DNA of 64,000 nt, from the NCBI GenBank assembly GCA_963791925.1, contig CAWBUA010000003.1, positions 296,604 through 360,603 of the forward strand, read 5' to 3'. This stretch comes from an uncultured Alphaproteobacteria bacterium. GTDB lineage: Bacteria; Pseudomonadota; Alphaproteobacteria; Rhizobiales; Xanthobacteraceae. Of this stretch, positions 55,045 to 64,000 are shown piece by piece. Under the pieces are notes generated by a model that saw nothing but the letters and a program-made list of their open reading frames with translations, was not told the DNA's origin and made no database searches. Position numbers and translations under genes: made by a program. Position 1 is the stretch's first letter; each line of letters begins with the position of its first letter.

Positions 55045-56043
55045 TCAGTCGTCGAGCGTTTCCGGCAAGAACAAATCTTCCGGCTTGAATCGCCGTTTCG
55101 ACAAGCCTTGCTCGTGATGGTAGCGCAGGAAGGTGTCGATCGCCTTGTAGTTACGCTGCAATCCGTATGGGAACCATTCGTCGCCGAGCAGGGACTGCAC
55201 CTCCAAAAAATGCTGTGTGATCCACGGCACCATGAACATGCGATGCATGTTCTCCGCCTGGTGCCGATAAAGCGCATACGCGCTGTCGCGAGCATCCTTG
55301 AACGCCTTGTAGAGCGATTTTGCGACCCAAGGATTCGCCTCGTATACATCGCGGCGGATCGCGACGACATGCTGTATCGGGAAGATGCCCGTTGTTTTGT
55401 AGTATTCGCGCTCGACTTTCTCGAAGTCGGGAAACAGCCTGCGGATATTCTTCGACCCATGCACCATGGACGGCGGCACGAGCGCGGAGAACAGTGCGTC
55501 GATTTCGCCCGCGTCGAGCATCTTGTCGAGCGTCGTGTCGGTGCCGATGTGCCTGACCTTGATGTGCGCCGGCGGCTTCTGCTTGTACCAGGATAGCGGC
55601 GGAGTGGGCCGTTCGACGCCGCCGATGAGGTTTTCATAGCTGTCGATCGGCACGCCGTAATGGTCCTGCAAAATGCCCTTGGCCCACGTGCCCGCATCGT
55701 GGCCGTAAAGGAAGAACTCGCCGATCTTCTTGCCGATCAAATCCCTTGGTTGCTCGATGCCTCTGTTGGTGTTGATGTAGATGGCCGAATGTGAAAATAG
55801 CCGGATCGGGAACGCCGGTATGGCGACAAACGGCGGCTGCTCTTCCTGCAATTTATCGAGATAGAAGGTCAGGCCCAGCTCCGAAGCCTCGAACTCATGC
55901 TTGCCCATCATGCGGTGAAAGGTCGCCGCCGGAAACGAATTGTGATAAGTAAGGTCGATCCCCTCCGGCTTTACCGTTCCGTCCATCAGCGCGCGCGTGC
56001 GGTCGTAGTTCCAGCACGCCAGCGTCATTTTCAAGTTTGCCAT
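55045..56043 (-). CDS. PhtD-like protein (family often annotated 4,5-dihydroxyphthalate decarboxylase; NMT1/periplasmic-binding fold)
   Basis: N-terminus MANLKMTLACWNYDRTRALMDGTVKPEGIDL is characteristic of this family. No signal peptide. Confidence 0.55.
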   Translation of the reverse strand: MANLKMTLACWNYDRTRALMDGTVKPEGIDLTYHNSFPAATFHRMMGKHEFEASELGLTFYLDKLQEEQPPFVAIPAFPIRLFSHSAIYINTNRGIEQPRDLIGKKIGEFFLYGHDAGTWAKGILQDHYGVPIDSYENLIGGVERPTPPLSWYKQKPPAHIKVRHIGTDTTLDKMLDAGEIDALFSALVPPSMVHGSKNIRRLFPDFEKVEREYYKTTGIFPIQHVVAIRRDVYEANPWVAKSLYKAFKDARDSAYALYRHQAENMHRMFMVPWITQHFLEVQSLLGDEWFPYGLQRNYKAIDTFLRYHHEQGLSKRRFKPEDLFLPETLDD

Positions 56044-56156
56044 GGAATACCTCAGGGGATTTCTTGCCGCTGCAACGGCGCGGTGCGGCCGTTTCGTTGG
56101 TGATCCGATGGGCCGGCCGCGCTAGGCCAGTTAACGCCGTCGCGCGGCCGCCGCGC

Positions 56157-56882
56157 TCATCCGCTATCACTGCGCACCGGCATCGCGTTCATGCCTTTTC
56201 GGCTCAGTACCATGGCGACGCGCGGCCCCGCCAGGAAGTCGATGAGCGCCTTGCCGGCTTCCGGCTCCTTCGCGTCGCGCGTGAGGCCGACCGAATAGAT
56301 CGTTTCCATTTGCAGTTCCGCGGGCAGCGTCCCGGCGATCTCAATTCCGGGAACGGTCATCAGCTCGGGAATTTGCTGCAGTCCGAGTTCCACTTGTCCG
56401 CTCCGTACGAAGGTGCCGATCAGGCCATTTGGTCCGCCGGGACCGTAGAGCAGCTTCGGCTTGAGTGCGTCGGCAATGCCAAGCTTGGCAAAGATCATGG
56501 CCAGATGCGCACCACTCGCTCCGCCGCCGTCCGGATTGCTCATCGCGATCGATTTGGCGGCGAGCAGGGCGCGCTTGAGCCCTTCGGGTGTCGAGATGTC
56601 CGGCCGGCCCGCGCCCCGGCGAACAGCGAGACCGATGACCGAGCTCGCAATGTCCTTGCGGCTCTCCGCCACTATTTTGCAGGTGGCGATCAGATTATCG
56701 CATTGCGGCCCGGTGGCGACCACGATGTCGCAGAATTCGCCGGCAGCCATGCGCCTGGCAATCTGCGCGGACGGCGCGTAGGCGAGAACGACCACGTGCC
56801 GACACGCATGTTCGAAATCGGCAAGAACTTCATCGAAGGTAGGCTTTAACGCCGTGCTGGCGAGGACTGTTATTTTGGACAT
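56157..56882 (-). CDS. ModA-like periplasmic-binding-fold protein without signal peptide
   Basis: 241 aa. ITVLASTALKPTFDEVLADFE... and ...EAGKALIDFLAG resemble molybdate/substrate-binding domain proteins. Confidence 0.5.
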   Translation of the reverse strand: MSKITVLASTALKPTFDEVLADFEHACRHVVVLAYAPSAQIARRMAAGEFCDIVVATGPQCDNLIATCKIVAESRKDIASSVIGLAVRRGAGRPDISTPEGLKRALLAAKSIAMSNPDGGGASGAHLAMIFAKLGIADALKPKLLYGPGGPNGLIGTFVRSGQVELGLQQIPELMTVPGIEIAGTLPAELQMETIYSVGLTRDAKEPEAGKALIDFLAGPRVAMVLSRKGMNAMPVRSDSG

Positions 56883-56959
56883 CGCGCATTGTCAGGTCGT
56901 TGCAATCGCTGCGACGCACAAGTCGGGCCGCCTTGAGGTTACGCAAGCATCGAGCCGTG

Positions 56960-57958
56960 TCACAGCGAGCCCGCCAAGCCTGCCTGTTGGACGACCTTGC
57001 CCCAGCGCGCAATCTCCGTTGCGAGGAACGCCTTCAATTGCGGCACAGGAACGGTCGGCTCATCGACCGGAATAAGGCCGAGTGCACGCATCCGCTCCTT
57101 CTGTTGAGGTTCGTCAAGGATGGCCTTGAGTTCGCTCTGCAGCCTTTCGATGACCGCTGGCGGAACGCCTGCGGGCGCTACGATCATATGCCATGAGACG
57201 ACGTTGAAACCCGGGATGGTTTCCGAGATAGGCGCCACATTCGGCAAGGCAGGTACGGAGGCCGCCGAGGTGACGCCAAGAAACCGGATCTTGTTGGTGG
57301 CGAGCAGCGATCGCGCAACGCCGATGTCAGAGAAGCCCAATGGCAGAACTCCGGAGAGTACGTCATTGAGGGCGGCCGGTCCGCCATCGCGATAAAACAC
57401 CGGCGTCATGCTGATGCCGGCCTCGCGCTTGAAAATTTCACCGGTCAAATGATAGACGCCACCGACCGTCGAAGCGGCGTAGGAGATCTTTCCGGGACGC
57501 GCCTTGATGTAGGCGATCAAGTCCGCAACCGACTTGACCGGCAATGCGGAATTGACCACCAGCCCGGTTGGAAGGTCGACGTAATGGGCGATCGGCACGA
57601 AATCCTTCATCGGATCGTAAGAGAGGTGCTTGTGCAGCGCAGCTTCAATGGTGAACGTGCCGCTCGGTGCGGCAAGCAACGTGTAACCGTCGGGAGCCGC
57701 TTGCGCCACGTAGGCCGCGCCAATCACGGTGCCGCCGCCGGGCTTGTTTTCAACGACGACCGGTTGCCCGAGGCGCGCGCCGAGTTCCGCGGCGATGCTC
57801 CGCGCCATAAGATCGACCGAGCCGCCGGCGCCCAAGGGCACGACCAGCTTTATCGGCTGGCTGGGATAGGTTCCCGCGCTCGCCTGTGACGCTGCGAGAA
57901 AAAACCAAGCCAAGCCTGCGGACAGCAAATGCGTCAGCTTCACGATGAACCTCCCCAT
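56960..57958 (-). CDS. Bug/TctC-family substrate-binding protein
   Basis: Signal peptide followed by YPSQPIKLVVPLGAGGSVDLMARSIAAEL...VVENKPGGGG-like block. Confidence 0.9.
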   Translation of the reverse strand: MGRFIVKLTHLLSAGLAWFFLAASQASAGTYPSQPIKLVVPLGAGGSVDLMARSIAAELGARLGQPVVVENKPGGGTVIGAAYVAQAAPDGYTLLAAPSGTFTIEAALHKHLSYDPMKDFVPIAHYVDLPTGLVVNSALPVKSVADLIAYIKARPGKISYAASTVGGVYHLTGEIFKREAGISMTPVFYRDGGPAALNDVLSGVLPLGFSDIGVARSLLATNKIRFLGVTSAASVPALPNVAPISETIPGFNVVSWHMIVAPAGVPPAVIERLQSELKAILDEPQQKERMRALGLIPVDEPTVPVPQLKAFLATEIARWGKVVQQAGLAGSL

Positions 57959-57997
57959 ATTTTTGTCCGGTTTGCATCCGGATCTGACGTGCCTCGA

Positions 57998-58333
57998 TCA
58001 GCCGCGCGGCGCGGCTGATTTCACTTCAACGAGAATCGACCTGAGGTCCGAGTCCTCGAGATTGAACAGTTCATGCGGACCATCCCCGGATTCGCGGTAT
58101 TTGACGTCGCCCGATTTGTCGACGAGGTCGCGCGTGCGGCCGTCTTCCCACTTCATCACCGATTTGCCTTCGCTCAGCGGCACGATGAGATAGGGCAGAT
58201 GGTGCTCATGCAGCGGCTGGTGTCCTTTCGGCCCGAGCTCAAGCGCCCAGACGCGCAGGTAGTCGTTTTCGAACACGACCTTGGTAGCGATCGGGCCGAG
58301 CGGAGTGCCTTTCTTTGATAATGTGGATGACAT
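57998..58333 (-). CDS. Cupin-domain protein
   Basis: 111 aa. HEHHLPYLIVPLSEG and DGPHELFN fit the two cupin motifs. Confidence 0.65.
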   Translation of the reverse strand: MSSTLSKKGTPLGPIATKVVFENDYLRVWALELGPKGHQPLHEHHLPYLIVPLSEGKSVMKWEDGRTRDLVDKSGDVKYRESGDGPHELFNLEDSDLRSILVEVKSAAPRG

Positions 58334-58412
58334 GGACAGCTCCGATTGGATGCTTCGATTATTGTTGTCTTGCTGAACGGCTGCCAGGCTCTCGTCCGGC
58401 TGCGTCTTGTTT

Positions 58413-59531
58413 CTATTCAGCCGCTATCGCACTTACGTGCTTCCGAAGAGCGGGCATGACCTGCTGAGCGAATAGCCGCATGGATTCTCGTTCCCAATCG
58501 CGATTCTTTCCGGCCCAATCGAGGCCGGTCATCAAAAGCCCGCCGAACGGGCCGACCTCTTCGCGGAAGGCTACTAGCTTGTCGATCACGGTTCGCGGCG
58601 AACCGTAGATCACGCAGCCCTCGGTTATCGCCTCGACCGTAGCGTCCTGGTCCGGCATGTCGCCGCGCGGTTTCAAGAGTATCAGTTGCCCGACGCTGTT
58701 TAGAACCTCGCGCATATAAGTGTAGAAGTATCTGTTCGATCCCTCTGGCCCGAACGCCCGATCTTCCGCCTCTGCATCCGACGACGCCACCATGATGTTC
58801 CGCGCCACGCGCCAATCATCGCCGCGCGCGGCAACACCGGCGGCGGCGCAGGCGGCGCTATAGACCTTCCAGTGAGAGGCCACCGAATAAGTTGGAATGA
58901 TGTTGGCGGAAATCATGCCCCAGCCGTTCTGTGCCGCGGTCTTGGCCGACGACGAGTTGGGGCTGGCGAGCGAAATGAAAATCGGCGGCCGCGGCTTTTG
59001 GAACGGCTTCGGCATATAGCCGATGCCGAGCGCGGCGTTGATGCCTGCCGTGACGGTGATGTCCCAGAACTCCCCCTTCAGCTCGTAGGGCGGATCCTGC
59101 GACCAAATGCGCTCGATGAAGCTAACGGCCTCCACGACCATCCTGTTGCGGGCGTGGACGTCGGGATTTTTGAATAGTTCAAAATCCGAAATAAGCCCGC
59201 CGGGGCCGACACCCATGAGGAAGCGGCCCTTGCTCATGTGATCGAATTGCGCGGCTTCTGCAGCCACAATCGCGGGGTGGTGGTTCGGCAGATTGATGAC
59301 GGCCGTGCCGAATTTGAGATTTTTGGTGCGCGCCAGAAGGTTGGCAAAGAACATCATCGGCGAAGCAAACGGCTCCGTGCTGGCGGAAAAATGCTCGCCG
59401 AGCCACAATTCTTCGAAGCCGAGCTGATCGGCGAGCAGGGACTTTTCGGTGTCTTCGTCGCACACGCTCGACAGCTGACGGTCCGCCGGATGCACCGGCA
59501 TCATGAACATTCCGAGTCGCATGGCCGACAT
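58413..59531 (-). CDS. LLM-class flavin-dependent oxidoreductase (luciferase-like monooxygenase)
   Basis: MSAMRLGMFMMPVH...LADQLGFEELWLGEHF and later TIM-barrel blocks. ATG at 59531 follows GGCGGGAAG. The ORF extends to 59759. Confidence 0.85.
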   Translation of the reverse strand: MSAMRLGMFMMPVHPADRQLSSVCDEDTEKSLLADQLGFEELWLGEHFSASTEPFASPMMFFANLLARTKNLKFGTAVINLPNHHPAIVAAEAAQFDHMSKGRFLMGVGPGGLISDFELFKNPDVHARNRMVVEAVSFIERIWSQDPPYELKGEFWDITVTAGINAALGIGYMPKPFQKPRPPIFISLASPNSSSAKTAAQNGWGMISANIIPTYSVASHWKVYSAACAAAGVAARGDDWRVARNIMVASSDAEAEDRAFGPEGSNRYFYTYMREVLNSVGQLILLKPRGDMPDQDATVEAITEGCVIYGSPRTVIDKLVAFREEVGPFGGLLMTGLDWAGKNRDWERESMRLFAQQVMPALRKHVSAIAAE

Positions 59532-59938
59532 CTTCCCGCCGTCGTTATGTTTACATTCCGGAGCGTTGGCTATAGTCCCAATGCCCGGGGGGCCTGCCCT
59601 GGAAAGGGTGGTCGACCGGGCTTTGGCGAGCGGCGCCGTAGTTGGAAAGCCGGCTGGCGATGCGCGATCAGCCGTCCCCGGTCGTGACTCTAACCTGACA
59701 CAGCCTCGATCCGCCGGGCGATAAAAATCATGAAGTTTCGCATAGCGAAATATGCCCATTCGCCCCTTCCGAAAGGTGGCATCGGCGTCCTATATTCGAT
59801 CGCAACAGGCAATAAAGCAGTTAGACAATTCGGAGCGCGGCGATTGGTGCCCCCGACGGCACAATGTGTCACGCATCCGCATCAACGCGTAGTCTACGGA
59901 ACAAACGTGCCGGGCGAGATGCCCCGGGGAGGTATCCG

Positions 59939-61138
59939 ATGAGCGGCAACGGACTAAGCAATCGTCTGCAGACGCCGATATCGACGGCCGAGCTGGAGCG
60001 GCGTTGGGCCGCGGTACGCGCTGCGATGGAGCGCGCCAAGATCGACGTGCTGCTCATGCAGAACAACAACGATCACATGGGCGGGTGCGTGAAATATTTC
60101 ACCGATATGCCGGCCACCAATGGCTATCCGATTGCCGTCGTATTCCCTCGCGACGATGCGATGACTGTGGTGATGCAGGGTCCTTTCGGCGGCGATCGCA
60201 GGCCTGAGGCCGATCTCTGGCGGGGCGTAAAGCGCATTCTCACGACACCGAGCTATTCGTCCGCACATTATACGCAGGACTACAATTCAGAGTTGGTCGC
60301 CAAGGCTTTGCAACCCTACGCCACGGCAACCATCGGCTTTGTCGGCATCTTCCAGATGTCATATGCCCTTGGTGACTTCATCAAGAAAAGCTTCCCGGGC
60401 GCAAAGTTTGTCGATGCCAGCGAGTTGGTGGACCGCGTCAAGGTCATCAAAAGCGCCGAAGAATTGGAGCTCATCCGGCGCACGGCGAAAATGCAGGACG
60501 GCGCGATGAAGGCGGCCTTTGCCGCCGTGAAGCCCGGCGTGCGCGATACCGAAGTGGCCGCGATTGCCCAGCATTACAGCCAGACGCAGGGCAGCGAGAA
60601 CGGCATTTATCTCTGCGCTTCGACGCCGCTCGGCCAGCCCGCCAAGTTTGGCCAGCGGCACGTGCAGAACCGGACCATTCAGAAGGGCGATTCCATCGCG
60701 CTCCTGGTCGAGGATTCCGGACCCGGCGGGATGTACACCGAGCTCGGCCGCACCTGTGTGGTGGGCGTAAAGGCGCCGCAGCAGATGAAAGAGGAGCTGT
60801 TATTCTGCATGGAAGCGCGCAAGGTTACGCTTGATCTCCTCAAGCCGGGCACGCCATGCAAGGAAATCTGGGACGCCTTCAACGCCTTCATGCGCAAGCA
60901 CGGCCGTCCGGAAGAAGCGCGTCTGTACTGCCACGGTCAAGGCTATGATCTGGTCGAGCGGCCGCTGATCCGCAACGATGAACCATGGACGATCGAGAAG
61001 GACATGAACATCGTCGTCCACCCGACCTACCCCTATGGCGGCTATCTCAATTGGCTGTGCGACAACTACGTTATCGGCGGCAACGGGCCTGGACCCCGCA
61101 TTCACGAATTCCCGCAGGAAATCGTCGAGGTCGGCTGA
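59939..61138 (+). CDS. M24-family metallopeptidase (creatinase/prolidase type)
   Basis: N-terminal creatinase-like domain plus pita-bread blocks (DSIALLVEDSGPGGMYTELGRT, HGQGYDLVERP). GGAGG RBS before the ATG at 59939. Confidence 0.8.
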   Translation: MSGNGLSNRLQTPISTAELERRWAAVRAAMERAKIDVLLMQNNNDHMGGCVKYFTDMPATNGYPIAVVFPRDDAMTVVMQGPFGGDRRPEADLWRGVKRILTTPSYSSAHYTQDYNSELVAKALQPYATATIGFVGIFQMSYALGDFIKKSFPGAKFVDASELVDRVKVIKSAEELELIRRTAKMQDGAMKAAFAAVKPGVRDTEVAAIAQHYSQTQGSENGIYLCASTPLGQPAKFGQRHVQNRTIQKGDSIALLVEDSGPGGMYTELGRTCVVGVKAPQQMKEELLFCMEARKVTLDLLKPGTPCKEIWDAFNAFMRKHGRPEEARLYCHGQGYDLVERPLIRNDEPWTIEKDMNIVVHPTYPYGGYLNWLCDNYVIGGNGPGPRIHEFPQEIVEVG

Positions 61139-61171
61139 TCGCAAGCGTCAGCCGGAGCCGGTCACATTTCG

Positions 61172-62125
61172 ATGAACCTGCTGATATTCCTCATGCATCC
61201 GGAGCCAACGCGCTCGGGATATGAAAAATGGCTCGCGCCACGGCACCCGGAACTGACCATCAAAACCGTCGGAACGCTCGCGGAGGCCAAGGCGAACATT
61301 CGCGACGCCGATATTTTCATGGCGTTCGGTCCGCAGCTGGACGCCGAATTCTTTCGCCATGTCCCGCGGTTGAAATGGGTCAATTCGCTCGGGACCGGAA
61401 CTGACGGCATCGCCGATTCCCCGCATCTGGACAAACAAGTGATCGTGACCGCAACGCGCGGGATTCACGGCGTGCCGATGTCGGAGATGGCGTTTCTCCT
61501 GATGCTCGCGTTCAACCGCGACTTCCGCCGTATCGAACGGCAGCGCGCGAGCGCGACTTGGGAGCGCTATCCCGGAAAACTGCTCGACAGGAAGTCGGTC
61601 GGTATTCTCGGTCTGGGAGCGATTGCCGAAGTGATGGCGCCGCGGCTTAAGGCCTTCGGCATGCGGGTCATCGGCATTTCCCGCACCGATCGAGCAGTTC
61701 CGGGTGTCGACGAGATTTTTCCGCGCGCCGCAATCGTGCGGGCGGTCAAAGATCTGGACTATCTTATTTTGCTTGCGCCGCTCGACCCCGATACGCGCAA
61801 TGTCGTCAACGAGACGGTGCTGTCGGCGATGAAGCCGACAAGCATCCTGATAAACCTCGCGCGCGGCGGGGTGCTCGATGAGGATGCCTTGATGCGCGCG
61901 CTGCAGCAGAAAAAGATCGCCGGGGCCGCCCTTGATGCGCTCGACAAGGAGCCGTTGCCAGCGGACCACCCGCTTTGGACCATGCAAAACGTGATCATAA
62001 CGCCGCACGTCGGCGGCTATTGCGATACCTATGTCGAAATGGCCGCCGAGCAATTCGAGGAAAGGTTGACGCATTTTTTGGCAGGCCGGCCCGACCTGAT
62101 GTTGCATCGTGTTGCCCGTCGTTGA
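61172..62125 (+). CDS. D-isomer-specific 2-hydroxyacid dehydrogenase family protein
   Basis: NAD-binding GILGLGAIAEVMAPRLKAFGMRVIG and NLARGGVLDEDAL...ITPHVGG. Confidence 0.85.
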   Translation: MNLLIFLMHPEPTRSGYEKWLAPRHPELTIKTVGTLAEAKANIRDADIFMAFGPQLDAEFFRHVPRLKWVNSLGTGTDGIADSPHLDKQVIVTATRGIHGVPMSEMAFLLMLAFNRDFRRIERQRASATWERYPGKLLDRKSVGILGLGAIAEVMAPRLKAFGMRVIGISRTDRAVPGVDEIFPRAAIVRAVKDLDYLILLAPLDPDTRNVVNETVLSAMKPTSILINLARGGVLDEDALMRALQQKKIAGAALDALDKEPLPADHPLWTMQNVIITPHVGGYCDTYVEMAAEQFEERLTHFLAGRPDLMLHRVARR

Positions 62126-62151
62126 ACGCAGGCGGCGGACTGGAGGTAGCG

Positions 62152-63150
62152 ATGTTCGAAGCAAATCTGAACCCGGGCTTTAATGTCACTCGGGCAAGCC
62201 ATGCGGTGCTTACTGTTCGCGATCTCGACGCCACCGAGGCGTTCTATTGCGACCTGCTCGGTCTCATCAGAAGCAGCCGTGACGCCGACGCGCTCTATTT
62301 GCGCGGCATCGAGGAGCGTTCGCATCACAGCCTGGTGTTCAAAAAGTCGGCACAGCCAGCGGCCAGCGAACGGGTCGGTTTGCGGATGTTGACTGACGAC
62401 GATCTCAAGCGCGCCTACGATTACTTCCGCGGCATCGGCTGCAATCCGCAATGGGCGGAGGTTCCCTACCAGGGTCTCACGCTTCACGTCGACGATGCGA
62501 TCGGCACGCCGCTCGAGTTCTGCGCGACGATGGAAGAGCTTCCCAGCAATTTGCAGAAATTCGAGCTTTATCGCGGCGCAAGCCCGATGCGGCTCGATCA
62601 TTTTCAAATCGTCGCCCAAGACGTCAGGAAAGCCACCGACTTCTATCTTGCGATGGGCTTTCGATTGACGGAATACACCGCAACAGACGGAAAGGACGAG
62701 ATCTGGGGCTCCTGGCTGCAGCGCAAGGGCAACCCGCACGACGTCGTCTTCTCCAACGGCCGCGGTCCGCGGTTGCATCATTTCGCCTACGGCGTACCGG
62801 AAGTCCGGGACGTCGTGCATGTGTGCGATGTCGCCGGCAGTCTCGGCTTCGCCAAGCATTTCGAGCGCGGGCCGGGCCGGCACGGCATCGGCAACGCGTT
62901 TTTCGTCTATTTCCGCGATCCCGACGGGCACCGGGTGGAGCTGTTCAACGCGCATTACCAGGCGATCGATATCAATCAGACGCCGTTGCGTTGGGATTTG
63001 TCGGACACTCGGCGCTCGCAATTATGGGGCCTGCCGGCGACCGCCAAGTGGTTCTACGAGGCGACGGAATTTTCGCGGCAGACGTCGCAAGAACCGGTGC
63101 TCAAGGCCAGTCCCGTGACCCTCGAGACATTTTTGGGCGGTCAGTTCTGA
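62152..63150 (+). CDS. VOC-family extradiol ring-cleavage dioxygenase (catechol / homoprotocatechuate 2,3-dioxygenase-like)
   Basis: SHAVLTVRDLDATEAFYCDLLGL..., MRLDHFQIV, HHFAY and FYFRDPDGHRVEL. GGAGG RBS before the ATG at 62152. Confidence 0.8.
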   Translation: MFEANLNPGFNVTRASHAVLTVRDLDATEAFYCDLLGLIRSSRDADALYLRGIEERSHHSLVFKKSAQPAASERVGLRMLTDDDLKRAYDYFRGIGCNPQWAEVPYQGLTLHVDDAIGTPLEFCATMEELPSNLQKFELYRGASPMRLDHFQIVAQDVRKATDFYLAMGFRLTEYTATDGKDEIWGSWLQRKGNPHDVVFSNGRGPRLHHFAYGVPEVRDVVHVCDVAGSLGFAKHFERGPGRHGIGNAFFVYFRDPDGHRVELFNAHYQAIDINQTPLRWDLSDTRRSQLWGLPATAKWFYEATEFSRQTSQEPVLKASPVTLETFLGGQF

Positions 63151-63203
63151 TGACTCGGCGTGGCGGCTTCGACCGATTGCATAATTCTCCTGCGAGCTGA
63201 TCG

Positions 63204-64000
63204 ATGCCGGGCCGGATTGACGTCCACCATCACTTCATGTCGAAGCAGTATCTCGACGCTGTCGGCATCGAACGCGCCGCCTCTCCGGGCTCGGCCGGAC
63301 ATGTAGAGCCGTGGAGCGCCGCGCAATCCCTCGAATTCATGGAGGCGGCAGGCATCACGGGCGCGGTCCTTTCGGTGTCGGCGCCCGGAATTGGACTTGA
63401 TAGCGCGGAAAAGACGGCGGCACTGGCGCGGGAGTGCAATGAGGCGCAGGCGCGAATTGTCGGCGACCATCCTGGGCGATTTGGTTTCTTCGCAATTTTG
63501 CCGTTGCCGGACATCGAGACGAGCTTGCGCGAACTTACCTATGCTCACGACGCGCTCTCGGCGGACGGAATCGTCCTGATGAGCAATTATAGCGGCGATT
63601 ACGTCGGCAGCCCGAAGTTTCGTCCGATCTTTGCCGAACTCAATCGCCGTCGGGGAACAGCTTTTGTGCATCCGACGCTGCCGCACGGGTATCGAGGATT
63701 TCCCGGCGTTTCGCTGTCCACCCTGGAATTCCCATTCGATACCGCCCGCGCGATCGTGAGCATGCTTTACGACGGCACGTCCGAGTGGTTTGCAGACGTG
63801 AAAGTCATCTGGTCGCATGCGGGCGGCGCGATGCCGTATCTTGCAGGGCGGACTGCTGTGCTGTCGCGACGTAACACCGAGTTTCACCTCAACGGCGACA
63901 AGTTGCTGCCGGCCATGGCCGGGTTCTTCTACGATCTGACGCAATCCTGCAACCTCGCTACCTTTGCGGCTTTGCGGGCTCTTGTGCCGCTTGACCATCT
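63204..64000 (+). CDS. Amidohydrolase-2 (ACMSD-like) family protein, 5' part (runs off the window end)
   Basis: Own translation from ATG 63204: MPGRIDVHHHFMSKQYLDAVG...FVHPT...WSHAGGAMPYL. The HxH metal motif lies at the N-terminus. The frame stays open to the window edge. Confidence 0.75.
   Translation, partial: MPGRIDVHHHFMSKQYLDAVGIERAASPGSAGHVEPWSAAQSLEFMEAAGITGAVLSVSAPGIGLDSAEKTAALARECNEAQARIVGDHPGRFGFFAILPLPDIETSLRELTYAHDALSADGIVLMSNYSGDYVGSPKFRPIFAELNRRRGTAFVHPTLPHGYRGFPGVSLSTLEFPFDTARAIVSMLYDGTSEWFADVKVIWSHAGGAMPYLAGRTAVLSRRNTEFHLNGDKLLPAMAGFFYDLTQSCNLATFAALRALVPLDH

Overview
High-GC chromosomal segment, probably alphaproteobacterial and Rhizobiales-like (inferred from gene content only). 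It carries a roughly 35.4-kb mosaic, lower-GC genomic island. Left flank (1-17.4 kb): peptide-type ABC transporter genes, an isochorismatase-family hydrolase, the urea ABC transporter urtABCDE behind a sigma-54-type promoter, and a urease cluster ureD-ureA-(DMP19-like)-ureB-(patatin-like)-ureC-ureE-ureF-ureG. urtC is frameshifted. tRNA-Gln(CUG) at 17423-17496 marks the left island boundary. The right boundary (52916-52952) is a 37-nt direct copy of the 5' half of that tRNA, next to a P4-type integrase. Island modules: (i) a small tyrosine recombinase, an S74-chaperone-domain protein and a two-partner secretion pair, whose giant TpsA exoprotein (TPS domain, GLUG repeats, LVIVD propeller, lipase-like C-terminus) is frameshifted; (ii) a plasmid/ICE-like maintenance and mobilisation module with no recognisable relaxase or T4SS: DUF3768, DUF736-like, Replic_Relax-like, two VirD4/FtsK-like ATPases, AlpA-like, ParDE, an HTH_36 protein with iteron-like repeats, and an IS256-family insertion with 8-bp target duplication; (iii) a defence island. 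The defence island holds a type II R-M pair, a translationally coupled radical-SAM + GHKL-ATPase operon divergent from a nuclease-like/DGQHR(DndB-like)/HEPN-like fusion (frameshifted), and a small membrane-protein gene split by an IS630-family element. It also holds a GNAT + GNAT-HEPN operon and a decayed AIPR abortive-infection gene. The radical-SAM/GHKL/DGQHR-HEPN locus is my best candidate for an undescribed system. Right flank (53.2-64 kb): an ordinary catabolic/transport cluster with two Bug/TctC binding proteins, a class II aldolase, an LLM oxidoreductase, an M24 peptidase, a 2-hydroxyacid dehydrogenase, an extradiol dioxygenase and an amidohydrolase. All family assignments rest on reading the translations for recognisable motifs. 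No database search was run.
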